From positions 380,023-444,022 of the forward strand of contig JAHBVL010000002.1 in assembly GCA_019637585.1 (NCBI GenBank): 64,000 bases of DNA, written 5' to 3'. Made by a program: the position numbers and the translations under genes. Numbering within the stretch: position 1 is the stretch's first letter; every line of letters starts with the position of its first letter. Positions 52,994-63,491 of the stretch are shown piece by piece. The stretch comes from Thermomicrobiales bacterium (GTDB lineage: Bacteria > Chloroflexota > Chloroflexia > Thermomicrobiales > UBA6265). The notes under the pieces were generated by a model, which searched no databases, had not been told where the DNA came from, and saw nothing but the letters and a program-made list of their open reading frames with translations.

Positions 52994-55390
52994 TCAGCCG
53001 AGCAGCGATCGGCGCGACGATTCAAACGCCTGCCACGGGTTGCGCTTTCTCGCCTTGATCAGATCGGGCACCTCGCGCAAGCTCACGTTGGGAGGACCGC
53101 TGCCCTCCGGCGCCAGCTGATCCCATTCGATGGGCAGCGCCACAGTTGCTCCTGGTCTCGCTCTGGGTGAATAGGGAGCGATCGCCGTCGCCTGGCGATC
53201 GTTGCGCAGATAGTCCACAAAGACCTTGTCCACCCGTTTCGCTTTGGACATCGACGCGGTGTACCGGTCCGGCTGGGAGGCGGCTAGCTCCTCTGCCAGC
53301 GCACGAGCAAACTTCTTGACCGCCGGCCAGGTGGGACCGGGTTCGACCGGAACGACGACGTGCACCCCTTTGCCGCCGGTCAGCTTGGCGAATGGGACGA
53401 GTCCCAGCGCCTCCACCCTTCCCTTCACCTCTTCTGCCGCCTCGACAACTCTGCGCCAGGGCAGCCCCTCGGCAGGATCGAGATCGAAGGTGATCTGATC
53501 GGGTTGATCGAGATGACCCGCTTTCGAACCCCAGGTGTGAATCTCGATCACACCAATCTGGGTGAGACCGATGAGCGACTGCACGGAGTCGACCATCGCG
53601 TAGGGGTCGCCTTCCTCTTCGACATCGACCCGCGGCACGATGTCGGGAACTCCGGCTCCAGCGTGCTTCTGATAGAAGCATTCTCCGTCGATACCTTCCG
53701 GGCACCGGAGCAACGACAGCGGCCGGTGCTCCATGTAGGGGAGGGCGTCCGGGGCGATGGTTTTCCAGTAGCCGGCCAGATCCTGCTTGCTCACCTGAAC
53801 GTCGGGCCAGAGGATTTTGTCTGGATTCGTCAGCCTGACTCGTTTGGATGCCGCCTTGCTCGATTTCGGTTTCGCGGTCATCTGCTGCTCCTTCACCACC
53901 GTCTCCGCTGGTTTGTCGTCGCGCAACCCCCGGAAACTCGGATGCCGCAACACGCCAGAATCGGTCCAGCCAGTGAATTCGACTTCAGCCACAAGTTCCG
54001 GTTTGACCCAGGTCGCGTCCCGAATGCCGATGCCGGGGACCTCCCCCTCCACCGGCGGCGAGTCGATCTCGATGGCGTCGAGCATCTTCCGCACCGACAG
54101 GAGGGTCTCCTGGTCGTATCCAGTGCCCACCCTTCCGGCGTAGCGCAGCGGTTGCCCGATTTCGTCGCGGGTACCGACAAGCAGCGCACCGAATCCCTGT
54201 CTGCGCCCCTCCGGTTTTGTACAGCCGATGACGACGAACTCCTGCCGCTGCACGCACTTCGCTTTCAGCCAGCTCGACGCCCTGCCCGGTTCGTAGGAGT
54301 CGCCGGCGCGTTTGCAAATGATCCCCTCCAACCCCATCTTGCAGGCTTCATCGAGAAACGCCTGGCCATTCCCGGCGACATGGTCGCCGAAGCGGATCGT
54401 CCCTTTCTGGCTGTCGCCCACGATCGAGCGAGCGACTCGCTTGCGGTCGACGAGGGAAGCGCCCCGCAGATCCCACCCGTCGAAGAAGAGCGCGTCGAAC
54501 ACGACGTAGACAATCGACGCATCGCGAGTGCGAACGGCGTTCTGCAATCGCTGAAAGCTCGAAATGCCCGCCGAATCGAGCACTACGGCTTCGCCATCGA
54601 GAAGCGCGAAGGTGCAGGGCAACCTGGCGGCCGCTTCCGCAACGTGGGGGAAACGGTCGGTCCAGTCATGTCCATTCCGGGTGATCAGCGTGACGTTCCC
54701 ATGATCGACGAGGCAGAAGAGGCGGTATCCGTCGAGCTTCGGTTCGTGGATCCAGTCGTCCCCCTGCGGAACTGTCTCCGTCACCGACGCCAGCTGGAAT
54801 CCGATATCGCCGAACGACGAAGCCTGCGTCACTCCGGCAAGGGATGAGACATCGAGCGCTTCACGCGGCCGGACCGATTCCTTCGCCGCGTACTTGGCAT
54901 CATTGCGCTTAATCAGCAGCCAGTTGTCTTTTCTGGCCGTTTTGAGCTTCTTGTTGCCAATCCGCACCAGCGACCACCGGCCGCTCAGTTTTTCGCCGTG
55001 GAGTGTGAAATCGAGCCGGCCCATGGCGATCGCTCTGGCCGGGTGATCGTCCGACGGTTCCCAGGTTCCCTGATCCCAGATCACCATCGAACCGGCGCCA
55101 TATCCCGGGGCGGGAATCTCTCCTTCGAATGTCAGGTACTCCAGCGGGTGATCCTCGGTCTGAACCGCCAGACGCCTCAACCCGACTTCCATCAGCGGTT
55201 CCTTGGGCACCGCCCAGCTCCTGAGCACGCCTTCGTACTCCAGCCTCAGGTCATAATGCAGCGTCGAGGCATCGTGCTTCTGCACGACAAAACGCCATCC
55301 TTCGCCGGAGGCGGACTCTTCATCACCAGCAGGCTCCGGCGTGGCGGAGAAATCTCGCTTCTGACGATAGTCGCGGAGTTTGCTGCTCAT
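52994..55390 (-). CDS. ligD: multifunctional ATP-dependent DNA ligase D (phosphoesterase-ligase-polymerase order)
   Basis: N-terminus 'LRDYRQKRDFSATPEP...FVVQKHDASTLHYDLRLE' (PE). Central 'EPKLDGYR' (ligase KxDG). C-terminal 'LTNPDKILWP...FYQKH...FDLDP' (LigD polymerase). Its stop abuts the ku2 stop (tgatca). Confidence 0.9.
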   Translation of the reverse strand: MSSKLRDYRQKRDFSATPEPAGDEESASGEGWRFVVQKHDASTLHYDLRLEYEGVLRSWAVPKEPLMEVGLRRLAVQTEDHPLEYLTFEGEIPAPGYGAGSMVIWDQGTWEPSDDHPARAIAMGRLDFTLHGEKLSGRWSLVRIGNKKLKTARKDNWLLIKRNDAKYAAKESVRPREALDVSSLAGVTQASSFGDIGFQLASVTETVPQGDDWIHEPKLDGYRLFCLVDHGNVTLITRNGHDWTDRFPHVAEAAARLPCTFALLDGEAVVLDSAGISSFQRLQNAVRTRDASIVYVVFDALFFDGWDLRGASLVDRKRVARSIVGDSQKGTIRFGDHVAGNGQAFLDEACKMGLEGIICKRAGDSYEPGRASSWLKAKCVQRQEFVVIGCTKPEGRRQGFGALLVGTRDEIGQPLRYAGRVGTGYDQETLLSVRKMLDAIEIDSPPVEGEVPGIGIRDATWVKPELVAEVEFTGWTDSGVLRHPSFRGLRDDKPAETVVKEQQMTAKPKSSKAASKRVRLTNPDKILWPDVQVSKQDLAGYWKTIAPDALPYMEHRPLSLLRCPEGIDGECFYQKHAGAGVPDIVPRVDVEEEGDPYAMVDSVQSLIGLTQIGVIEIHTWGSKAGHLDQPDQITFDLDPAEGLPWRRVVEAAEEVKGRVEALGLVPFAKLTGGKGVHVVVPVEPGPTWPAVKKFARALAEELAASQPDRYTASMSKAKRVDKVFVDYLRNDRQATAIAPYSPRARPGATVALPIEWDQLAPEGSGPPNVSLREVPDLIKARKRNPWQAFESSRRSLLG

Positions 55391-55420
55391 TGCTGATGCG
55401 CCTCGCCGTCCGGCATGGGC

Positions 55421-56554
55421 TCAGAGCCGCCCGGCATCCCTGAGAATCCTGACCACGTTGTCGACCGGGATCGCCTCGCGGACATGGCCATCCCGGCCCA
55501 CGACTGTCGTCGCCTTGAACAGTGCGTTGAGGATCGCTTCTTCGGTCGCTTCCACCGTAGCGGCAAAAAGCGCATCGATGGCGTCGCTGGCGCCTCTGAT
55601 CCCATGTTCCGCGACGATTTCCTGCCGCAACGTCCACCCATCGGCTTCGAGCGGCATGCGAACGAGGGGTGATGCCGAAAACGCGACGACCACGTCACCA
55701 CTGCCATGCCCGCCCATCGAACCGGTGCGGGCCATGCCCAGCACGGCCCGGCGAGCGATGCGGCCGAGAATCCGGTCGGTACAGGGAGCATCGGTGCCGA
55801 CGATCATCATGATCGAGCCGCGTTCCGGTTCGATGTCCCGCTCTTCGTCCAGCAACCGGCCGACCGGCACGCCATCGATCCGAAGATCGCGGGGACGGCC
55901 GAAGTTGGCCAGAACGAGAACGCCGACCGTCCAGCCCCCCAGATCGGGGGAGATCACCCGCGAGCTGGTGCCGATGCCGCCTTTGAACCCATAGGCCGAC
56001 ATCCCGGTACCTGCCCCGACCGACCCTTCGTCGACTGCTCCCTGAGTCGCACCATCGATGGCCCGCATCACCTCTGTTTCCCCAACATGCCTGCCCTGAA
56101 TGTCGTTGAGCCAGGCATCGGAGCATTCGCCTACGAACGGATTGACGGTTGGAAGGGAAATGCCGATTTCGGCATTCTCCCGGATGGCGTGGCTCACCAG
56201 CGCGTCGGCAACCCTGCCGACGCACAACGTGGAGGTGAGTCCAATCGGCGTTTCGAGCTGACCAAGCTCCGCAACCTGCTCGAGACCCATGCATTTGCCG
56301 AAGCCGTTGAAGACATGAACCGCCGCCGGTACCCGCTCCCGAAAGAGATTGCCCTGATGAGGCAGGATCACTGTCACACCGGTTCGCGCCGGCCCTTCGC
56401 CTGCTCTCAACTGACCGTGACCGGAACTGACCGTCACCTGCCCCACCGACACGCCGGGGACATCGGTGATGGCGTTCAGGTTTCCCGGAGAGAGGACGCC
56501 GATCCCCATGCCGATATCGCGAAAACGAGGGCGATGGTCTGGTGTCACGCGCAT
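55421..56554 (-). CDS. P1/S58 (DmpA/BapA-type) aminopeptidase family protein
   Basis: 'GNLNAITDVPGVSVGQVTV...GVTVILP' and 'GTGMSAYGFKGGIGTSS'. Start at M59 of the ORF. Confidence 0.75.
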   Translation of the reverse strand: MRVTPDHRPRFRDIGMGIGVLSPGNLNAITDVPGVSVGQVTVSSGHGQLRAGEGPARTGVTVILPHQGNLFRERVPAAVHVFNGFGKCMGLEQVAELGQLETPIGLTSTLCVGRVADALVSHAIRENAEIGISLPTVNPFVGECSDAWLNDIQGRHVGETEVMRAIDGATQGAVDEGSVGAGTGMSAYGFKGGIGTSSRVISPDLGGWTVGVLVLANFGRPRDLRIDGVPVGRLLDEERDIEPERGSIMMIVGTDAPCTDRILGRIARRAVLGMARTGSMGGHGSGDVVVAFSASPLVRMPLEADGWTLRQEIVAEHGIRGASDAIDALFAATVEATEEAILNALFKATTVVGRDGHVREAIPVDNVVRILRDAGRL

Positions 56555-56713
56555 TCCTTCTGTCCAGTCAGCGGTGCAATGCCGTACGACAATCGTACAG
56601 TCTCTGCGCTTCTGGCCGGGACCGGCATTCGGCGACACGTCCGCTGAATTTGTACACTGCACGCAACGACAAGAGCATCGTTCCTCGCCAACCCGAACGG
56701 TCGCACGCCGAAC

Positions 56714-58468
56714 ATGGAAAACTCGCACCTCATCGCCGATCTGGTGGCGGTCATCGCCATCGCGCTGCTCGGTGGACTCATTGCCAGGCGTCTCAAACAG
56801 CCTGCGGTACTGGGCTATATCGTGGCCGGTGTTCTGCTGGGCCCGAACACGCCGGGCCTCACCGTCGATCCCGAACAGGTCGATCTCCTGGCCAATGTCG
56901 GCGTGGCGTTCCTCATGTTCGCCATCGGTGTGGAGTTCTCCATCTCCGAGATCCTCCGCGTCCGCCGGATCGCCCTGATCGGCGGCGCGCTCCAGATCCC
57001 GCTAACGATGTTGCTCGGCGCTTCGATCGGATTGGCCGTCGGCTGGAGCTGGCAATCAAGCGTGGTGCTCGGCGCCGCCTTTGCTCTGTCCAGCTCGGTC
57101 TTTGCGCTGACCTTTCTCGTCCGGCGCGGTGAAATGGAAACACCCCAGGGCAAGATCACTCTCGCCCTGATGGTCGTCCAGGACCTGGCCATGATCCCGC
57201 TGATCGCGCTGCTGCCGGTGCTGGAGGGCGAAAACGACCATCTCATCGAATCGCTGATTCGTTCCTTTGGCGTCGCCGCGATCGCGCTGGCAGTCGTTGT
57301 CGTTCTCGGCGCCAAGCTGGTGCCGCGCCTTCTGTTCGTCGTGGCCCGCACTGAGTCTCGCGAGCTCTTTCTGCTGATGGTGGTGCTGATCGCTCTGGGA
57401 ACAGCCATCGCCTCGGAACGCGCGGGGCTCTCCATTGCACTCGGCGCCTTTCTGGCTGGACTGGTCGTGTCGGAATCGGAGTTCGACCGCCACGTGCTCG
57501 GCGAAATCGGGCCATTGCGAGACCTCTTCAGCACCCTCTTTTTCGTGGCAATCGGGATGTTGCTGGTTCCTGAGGAGATCGCCAAAGACTGGCATGTCTT
57601 CGTCGTTCTCCTGCTGGCCCTTCTGGCCGGCAAAGCGCTCATCACCGGCGGTTCGTTGCTGGCCGGAGGCGCCGATCATCGCGCTGCGGCGCTTTGCGCG
57701 ACCATCGTGGCCCAGATGGGTGAGTTCAGCTTCGTCCTGGCTGGTGAAAGTCACTCCGACCATATCATCACCAGCCACCAGTACAGTCTCATCCTGGCCG
57801 TGGCCGTCGCGTCGATCGTGGCCACGCCCTTCATGGCCCGATTCGGGCAACCCCTTTCGGAGATTGCGGAATCCTTGCCTGGGGTCGAGGCGCGAGAATC
57901 CGAAGTCTGGATCGAGAACTCGCCGCCAGTCAAAATGGCGCAACACGCCATCATTTGCGGTTACGGGCGAGTCGGCGCCGTGCTGGGGGATGCGCTGCAA
58001 CGTCGCGGTTTTCGCTATGCCGTGATCGACCTCAATCCGGCGATCGTCCGGCGGTTGAGAGAACAGAATGTGCCGGCCTACTACGGCGATGCCAGCTCCG
58101 CCGACATCCTGATCCACGCCGGGGTGGCGCAAGCGAAGGTGCTGGTCGTCGCGACAGCGGATCTCGTCTCCGCGCCGGCGGCGATCCGGCATGCCAAGCG
58201 GCTTAATCCGCAGATCGCGGTCATCAGCCGGGCGCCAGGCAGCGGCAATATCGACGTTCTCCGCGCCGCCGGAGCAGACGAGATCATCCAGCCCGAATTC
58301 GAAGCGGGTATGGAGAGCATCCGGTACGTGTTGCGGGAATTCGGCGTGTCGATGCGCGAAACGACGGCCATCATCAGCAAACGGCGGGCGATTCACTATC
58401 AGGACGGCCCCGACGCCGGTTTCGAAGACCCCGAAGGAACCTTCAACGACGAGCTAACCTTTCGCTGA
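56714..58468 (+). CDS. CPA2 cation:proton antiporter with a C-terminal RCK/TrkA-N domain (Kef-type)
   Basis: 'LLGGLIARRLKQPAVLGYIVAGVLLGP', 12-13 TM segments, then 'AIICGYGRVGAVLGDAL' Rossmann motif. Confidence 0.85.
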   Translation: MENSHLIADLVAVIAIALLGGLIARRLKQPAVLGYIVAGVLLGPNTPGLTVDPEQVDLLANVGVAFLMFAIGVEFSISEILRVRRIALIGGALQIPLTMLLGASIGLAVGWSWQSSVVLGAAFALSSSVFALTFLVRRGEMETPQGKITLALMVVQDLAMIPLIALLPVLEGENDHLIESLIRSFGVAAIALAVVVVLGAKLVPRLLFVVARTESRELFLLMVVLIALGTAIASERAGLSIALGAFLAGLVVSESEFDRHVLGEIGPLRDLFSTLFFVAIGMLLVPEEIAKDWHVFVVLLLALLAGKALITGGSLLAGGADHRAAALCATIVAQMGEFSFVLAGESHSDHIITSHQYSLILAVAVASIVATPFMARFGQPLSEIAESLPGVEARESEVWIENSPPVKMAQHAIICGYGRVGAVLGDALQRRGFRYAVIDLNPAIVRRLREQNVPAYYGDASSADILIHAGVAQAKVLVVATADLVSAPAAIRHAKRLNPQIAVISRAPGSGNIDVLRAAGADEIIQPEFEAGMESIRYVLREFGVSMRETTAIISKRRAIHYQDGPDAGFEDPEGTFNDELTFR

Positions 58469-58513
58469 TCCGGCCCGTCCCCTCCCGCTCCAACAACCAA
58501 ATCCCGTCGGCGG

Positions 58514-58562
58514 TTCTCCTCTCCGCCTTCCCGCCTGTTCGCCTCTCCGCCTCGTCCCCGCC
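58514..58562. repeat. degenerate ~8-nt tandem units ending in CGCC (TYTCCGCC-like, ~5 units)
   Basis: ttctcctctccgcc ttcccgcc tgttcgcc tctccgcc tcgtccccgcc. Confidence 0.6.
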
Positions 58563-58593
58563 GCATCATCTATACTTCACCGGCTGTGTGCTC

Positions 58594-58676
58594 GGAGAGG
58601 TGGCCGAGTGGTTGAAGGCGGCTGTCTTGAAAACAGTTAGGCGAAAGCCTCGCAGGTTCGAATCCTGTCCTCTCCG
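58594..58676 (+). tRNA. tRNA-Ser (anticodon TGA)
   Basis: Acceptor ggagagg/cctctcc, loop ctTGAaa, long variable arm, T-arm gcaggttcgaatcctgt. Confidence 0.85.
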
Positions 58677-58707
58677 CCGGCAACCGAGCACGACAGCTCG
58701 CGCACCA

Positions 58708-58797
58708 GGGAAGGTGCCAGAGAGGTCGAATGGGGCCGCCTGCTAAGCGGTTGATGGGTTTAGAGCTCATCCGAGGGTTCGAATCCCTCCCTTCCCG
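58708..58797 (+). tRNA. tRNA-Ser (anticodon GCT)
   Basis: Acceptor gggaagg/ccttccc, loop ctGCTaa, long variable arm, T-arm gagggttcgaatccctc. Confidence 0.85.
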
Positions 58798-58847
58798 CCG
58801 GCGAGGTAATCCGATCGGCAGTCATGTCGGGATATACTTCGCGAATT

Positions 58848-58923
58848 GCGCCCGTAGCTCAGGGGATAGAGCGTTGGGTTGCGGACCCAAAGGCCGCAGG
58901 TTCGAATCCTGCCGGGCGTACCA
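58848..58923 (+). tRNA. tRNA-Arg (anticodon reads GCG), CCA encoded
   Basis: Acceptor gcgcccg/cgggcgt, anticodon stem ttggg/cccaa, loop ttGCGga, T-arm gcaggttcgaatcctgc. Confidence 0.8.
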
Positions 58924-58980
58924 AGGTATTGTTACTCAAACATGCTCCCTGTAAATCAGGGGCAGCGTTCAGAGAATCAG

Positions 58981-59006
58981 AGGCACCGAGCCAATGCTCG
59001 GTGCCT
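58981..59006. terminator. 11-bp perfect hairpin after the tRNA cluster (candidate bidirectional terminator)
   Basis: aggcaccgagc-caat-gctcggtgcct, followed by tgttcgttc. On the other strand it is followed by tctgattctct. Confidence 0.5.
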
Positions 59007-59312
59007 TGTTCGTTCACAGCGCCTCTCCGTGCGGATTCCGCGATTTGGGCCACCAGTACCTGCTGCTCTGTCTGAGGGTCGATCTCTTGACCATCATCTT
59101 CAACCCAGATCTATAGGTAATACGAAGCGAAGAGCTTGCCGAGCCGTTTGCGTACCTTCTCAATGCTCATCGATCCGTCGGCAAAGAGATCAAGGGCACC
59201 GCTTGGTTTGCATGATGTGGCCCGCGGGCCGCGGTCGGGAACGGCGCACCAGCCCTATGAGTGCCTGCGATGCAACGAGGTACCGACCCATGAGGGTGGC
59301 GTGGGCATAAGG

Positions 59313-60908
59313 CTAGAAGCGGAAGACGCCATAGTCGGTGGAAGGGATCGGGGCGTTGAGAGTCGTTTCGAGGGCGAGGCCGACAATCTGGCGGGTTCGA
59401 CGAGGGTCGATGATGCCGTCGTCCCAGAGGCGGGCGGTGGCGAAGTAGGGACTCGCCTCCGATTCGTATCGCGCCACGATCTCCTCCCGATAGACCTCCA
59501 GCGCCGTCTCGTCGACGGCGTCGCCGCGTGCCGCGGCGCTCTGGCGGCGGACGTCGGTGAGGACGCCGGCGGCTTGCCGGCCACCCATGACGCCGATCCG
59601 ATGGCTCGGCCAGGAGAAGATGAAGCGCGGATCGTAGGCGCGGCCGCACATCGCGTAATTACCCGCGCCATAGCTGGCGCCGATCATAACCGTGATCTTC
59701 GGCACCTCCGCCACCGCGACGGCGGCGACGAGCTTCGCACCGTCGCGGGCGATGCCGTTGTGCTCGGCATGCTTCCCGACGTTGAAGCCGGTGATGTTCT
59801 GAAGGAAGAGGAGGGGGATGCGCTGCTGGGCGCAGAGCATGACGAAGTGCGCTCCCTTACGCGCCGATTCCGAGACGAGCACGCCGTTGTTGGCCAGGAC
59901 CCCGACGGGAATTCCGTGAAGATGTCCGAAGCCGCAGACGAGGGTCTGACCGTACTCGGCCTTGAACTCGCGGAAACGGCTGCCGTCAAGGACGCGGTTC
60001 AGGACCTGACGGACATCGTAGGGCCGGCGCGTGTCAGCTGGTATGAGATCGAGGAGACCATCAGGGTCTTCCAGTGGCTCACTGGCCGGCTCGCGCTCCC
60101 ACGGGAGGGACGGAGCGCTCGAACGCGGGGAACTCATCAGGTCGCGGGCGAGCGCGAGAGCGCTCAACTCGTCGTCTGCGATGTAGTCGACTACGCCGCT
60201 AATGCGGCCATGGGTGTCGGCGCCGCCCAGCTCCTGCGCGGTGACCTCTTCGCCCGTCGCGGCGCGAACGAGGGGCGGGCCAGCCAGGAAGATCGTGCCG
60301 GCTCCCCGGACGATGACTGCCTCGTCGCACATGGCGGGCACATAGGCGCCGCCGGCGGTGCAGGAGCCGAGGACAATCGCGACCTGGCGAATGCCACGGG
60401 CCGACATCAGGGCCTGGTTGCGGAAAATCCGCCCGAAGTGGTCGCGATCGGCGAAAATGTCGCTCTGCAGGGGGAGGAACGCGCCACCGGAGTCGACGAG
60501 GTAGAGGCACGGGAGATGGTTCGCGAGCGCGATCTCCTGCGCGCGGAGGTGCTTCTTGACCGTCATCGGGAAGTATGTGCCGCCCTTCGCGGTCGGGTCG
60601 TTGGCGACGATCACGACCGGGCGGCCGGCGACTTGGCCAATGCCGGTCACGATGCCGGCGCTGGGGCTCGCGCCGTCGTACATGTCCCAGGCGGCGAGGG
60701 GCGAGAGCTCGAGCAGCTCCGTGCCAGGGTCGATCACCCGGGCGACTCGCTCGCGGACCGGAAGCTTGCCCTTTTCGGCCAATCGCGCTCGCGCACCCGC
60801 GCCGCCGTCGGCGACGCGAGCGAGGCGCTCATCGAGCTCGGCGACCGCGGCCAGGTTCCTGTCGCGGTTGGTGGGCCGAGCGGCCTGATGGGTTGGAGAG
60901 CTGTTCAT
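59313..60908 (-). CDS. acyl-CoA carboxylase carboxyltransferase (beta) subunit, methylcrotonyl-/propionyl-CoA type
   Basis: '[16 protein letters not shown]', '[28 protein letters not shown]', '[15 protein letters not shown]', 'GGADTH'. ATG 60908 overlaps the upstream stop (ATGA). Confidence 0.85.
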   Translation of the reverse strand: MNSSPTHQAARPTNRDRNLAAVAELDERLARVADGGAGARARLAEKGKLPVRERVARVIDPGTELLELSPLAAWDMYDGASPSAGIVTGIGQVAGRPVVIVANDPTAKGGTYFPMTVKKHLRAQEIALANHLPCLYLVDSGGAFLPLQSDIFADRDHFGRIFRNQALMSARGIRQVAIVLGSCTAGGAYVPAMCDEAVIVRGAGTIFLAGPPLVRAATGEEVTAQELGGADTHGRISGVVDYIADDELSALALARDLMSSPRSSAPSLPWEREPASEPLEDPDGLLDLIPADTRRPYDVRQVLNRVLDGSRFREFKAEYGQTLVCGFGHLHGIPVGVLANNGVLVSESARKGAHFVMLCAQQRIPLLFLQNITGFNVGKHAEHNGIARDGAKLVAAVAVAEVPKITVMIGASYGAGNYAMCGRAYDPRFIFSWPSHRIGVMGGRQAAGVLTDVRRQSAAARGDAVDETALEVYREEIVARYESEASPYFATARLWDDGIIDPRRTRQIVGLALETTLNAPIPSTDYGVFRF

Positions 60909-62503
60909 CGGCGGTCGATCCTGTATCCGGCGGCTTCGCGGTCCCATGCCGCGCCGGCGCCCGCTTGCTTGAGCTTGTATTTTTCGACCCGTTCGGTCGG
61001 GGTCTTGGGGAGAGCGTCGTGGAATTCGACGTACCGCGGGACCATGAAGTAGGCCATCCGCGCTTCGCACCACTGGACGATCTCGAGCGGATCGATCGTT
61101 TCGCCGGCGCGGGCCACGATACAGATCTTGACCTCCTCCTCACCGACGTCCGATGGCACGCCGACAGCGGCCGATTCGAGGACGAGCGGGTGGGCATTGA
61201 CGATCGTCTCCACCTCCCAGGAAGAGATATTCTCTCCGCGTCGCCGGATGCTCTGTTTCACCCGGTCAACGAAAGAGAGATAGCCATCGGCATCGGCATA
61301 CCCAGTATCGCCGGTGTGGAACCAGCCGCCCCGCATTGCCGCGGCAGTCTGATCGGGCTGTTTGAAGTAGCCATCCATGAAGGCGTTCGACGGATCGGCT
61401 CGCAGCAGAATCTCGCCCCGTTCGCCGGCCGGCAACGGATCGCCGTCGGCATTGGCAATTCGGGCCTCGACAAAATCCATCGGCAAACCGATCGTCCCGA
61501 CCCGGACGGCGTCACGCGGATTGTTGACGCAAAAGCCAGCCGTCTCGGTCAGGCCGTAGCCCTCAATGATCCGCACACCGAAGCGCTCCTCGAACTCCAG
61601 CCAGACATCCCTCGGGGTCGCCGCACAGGCGGTCAGGCGCGCGCCATGGGCGCGGTCGAGGGGGGACTCGGGCTGTTTGCAGAGGATGGGGATCATCGCG
61701 GCGAGTGAGTTGAAGATCGTCGCGCCATGATCGTGAATCTCCTGCCAGAAGCCGGAGGCGCTGAAACGGTCGCCGATGGCCATAGTCGCGTTGAGATCGA
61801 TGGCGGGGAGGACGGTGTGCGCCTGAGCGTTGACGTGGTAGAGGGGAAGACTGGTGTAGAGGATATCGTCCGCCGTCGCGCCGGCAAACTGCCGGGAGAA
61901 CGCCCTTGTGGAGTTGAGATAGGCGTGGTGGCTCAGCATGACACCCTTTGGCGATCCGGTCGTGCCGGAGGTGTAGAGAATGGCGTGGAGCGCTTCTGGC
62001 GCGAAGTTGGTAGTCGCTGGCAACAGCCGGTTGGCGGACTCCGCGAGGAGATCGTCCCACCGCTGACAGCGGTCTGGGAGCGCGTCGCGCTCTCCAACGA
62101 CGATGACGCGCTCCAGCGCCGCCATGGCGCCGGACAGCTCCAGCACGCGGTCGAGCAGATCGGCGGTGATGACCAGCACGTTCGCTTCGGAGTGCTCGAT
62201 GATGTAGGCCAGACCATCGCCTTTGAGATGAACGTTGATCGGAACCTTGACCGCGCCGAGCCGGGCGATGCCGAACCAGAGAGAGAGGTAGTCCGGGCCG
62301 TTCGGGAGCATGAGGCAGACGGTATCGCCCGCGCGAACGCCGACCTGGTAGAGCGCCCGCGCGGCGGCGAGGGCGTCGTCGTGAAACGCGGCATAGCTCT
62401 GACGCGTCTCCCGATAGCTGAGGAGCGTCTTGTCGGGCGTCCGTGCGACGCGCCGCTCCAAAAAGCGCCAGAGATCCAGGTTAGCCGGCGCGGTGTCGTT
62501 CAT
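60905..62503 (-). CDS. AMP-dependent acyl-CoA synthetase/ligase
   Basis: '[14 protein letters not shown]', 'GYGLTET', 'WFHTGDTG' adenylate-forming motifs. Confidence 0.8.
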   Translation of the reverse strand: MNDTAPANLDLWRFLERRVARTPDKTLLSYRETRQSYAAFHDDALAAARALYQVGVRAGDTVCLMLPNGPDYLSLWFGIARLGAVKVPINVHLKGDGLAYIIEHSEANVLVITADLLDRVLELSGAMAALERVIVVGERDALPDRCQRWDDLLAESANRLLPATTNFAPEALHAILYTSGTTGSPKGVMLSHHAYLNSTRAFSRQFAGATADDILYTSLPLYHVNAQAHTVLPAIDLNATMAIGDRFSASGFWQEIHDHGATIFNSLAAMIPILCKQPESPLDRAHGARLTACAATPRDVWLEFEERFGVRIIEGYGLTETAGFCVNNPRDAVRVGTIGLPMDFVEARIANADGDPLPAGERGEILLRADPSNAFMDGYFKQPDQTAAAMRGGWFHTGDTGYADADGYLSFVDRVKQSIRRRGENISSWEVETIVNAHPLVLESAAVGVPSDVGEEEVKICIVARAGETIDPLEIVQWCEARMAYFMVPRYVEFHDALPKTPTERVEKYKLKQAGAGAAWDREAAGYRIDRR

Positions 62504-62700
62504 CGCTCAGGAGTTCCATCTTTGTCGGCGCGTGTCCTGTGCGGACCTGCACAGTATCTCCAGGCTGGCCGGGACTCGCAAGACGCACACAATTGCTGTG
62601 ACATCACTCCTGCAACTTCGCCCTGATCATTGCAGGTGATACCTATCCATCCTTTACCGGTCGTGCCCTTCGCGAGTTGAGCTCTCCTCTTTCGCTACCT

Positions 62701-62754
62701 TCCATTGCCCTTTGCCCTTTGCCCTTTGCCCATCACCCTTCGTGCCCTTTGCCC
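62701..62754. repeat. heptanucleotide array (CCCTTTG x3 perfect plus degenerate units)
   Basis: tccattgccctttgccctttgccctttgcccatcacccttcgtgccctttgccc. Same unit as 2255-2290. Confidence 0.9.
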
Positions 62755-62774
62755 AAAAATGCTAGACTTCACCC

Positions 62775-62860
62775 GGAGAGGTGTCCGAGCGGTTTAAGGT
62801 GCCAATCTCGAAAATTGGTGTGGTGTTGAGCCACCGCGGGTTCGAATCCCGCCCTCTCCG
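62775..62860 (+). tRNA. tRNA-Ser (anticodon CGA)
   Basis: Acceptor ggagagg/cctctcc, stem ccaat/attgg, loop ctCGAaa, long variable arm. Confidence 0.85.
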
Positions 62861-62896
62861 CCGCGCTCCCTCCCTCCGAATGGAGGATCTCCCCTC

Positions 62897-63361
62897 ATGG
62901 CTACCGCCAAATCCAGTCTTAAGCGTATGGACAACGTCCTCATCGTCGTCGACGATCTCGATGCCGCCATCGCGTTTTTCACCGAGCTCGGCATGGAGCT
63001 GGAAGGTCAGATGACGGTCGAGGGTCCGTGGGCGGACAAGGTTGTTGGGCTTACGGGCGTGCGTTCCGACATTGCGATGCTGCGGACACCGGACGGCCAC
63101 GGAAAGGTCGAGCTGTCGAAATTCCACGCACCGGCATCTGTCAGATTCGGACCGGAAATCACGCCGTCGAACACGCTGGGAATGCGCCGCATCATGTTCG
63201 CGGTCGACAACCTCGATGAGCTGGTGGACCGCATGACCCGGCACGGCGCTGAGCTCGTCGGCGAAATCGCCCAGTACGAGAACTCCTACCGTCTCTGCTT
63301 CATGCGAGGCCCCGAAGGGATCATCGTCGGGCTGGCCGAGGAGCTTGCAGGCAGTCAGTAG
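62897..63361 (+). CDS. VOC-family (glyoxalase/bleomycin-resistance fold) protein
   Basis: 'MDNVLIVVDDLDAAIAFFTELGMEL' and 'RIMFAVDNLDELVDRMTRHGAELV' paired beta-alpha-beta-beta-beta modules. RBS ggagga lies 10 nt upstream. Confidence 0.8.
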   Translation: MATAKSSLKRMDNVLIVVDDLDAAIAFFTELGMELEGQMTVEGPWADKVVGLTGVRSDIAMLRTPDGHGKVELSKFHAPASVRFGPEITPSNTLGMRRIMFAVDNLDELVDRMTRHGAELVGEIAQYENSYRLCFMRGPEGIIVGLAEELAGSQ

Positions 63362-63387
63362 CAGACAACGACGCGAGTTCGTCTGCT
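63360..63387 (+). terminator. hairpin overlapping the VOC stop codon
   Basis: agcagacaac-gacgcga-gttcgtctgct (10 bp with a 1-nt bulge); no T-tract. Confidence 0.35.
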
Positions 63388-63491
63388 CACCGCCCGCGAG
63401 CGACGCGTGTTTGACCGGACGGCTGAAGAACGTCCCTCGATAGCGACCTCTGGTCAACCGGGAGTTGTATACTCTGCCATTGGCGCAAGCT

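Noticed and set aside
58499-58508. 10-nt match (aatcccgtcg) to the 3' part of tRNA-Asp, which could mark the distal att end of a 14-kb island (44609-58500)
   Set aside because: A 10-mer match has roughly a 1-in-10 chance of occurring in a window this size. The match does not extend, there is no integrase, and the Ku/LigD/Kef genes look compositionally like the core.
58990-59312. Possible degraded gene on the minus strand between the tRNA cluster and the carboxyltransferase (…FADGSMSIEKVRKRLGKLFASYYL*IWVEDDGQEIDPQTEQQVLVAQIAESARRGA…), faintly reminiscent of a RelE/ParE-type toxin core
   Set aside because: It is interrupted by an in-frame stop, has no start or RBS, and the resemblance is too weak to call by eye. 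A BLASTX of this 320-nt gap would settle it.
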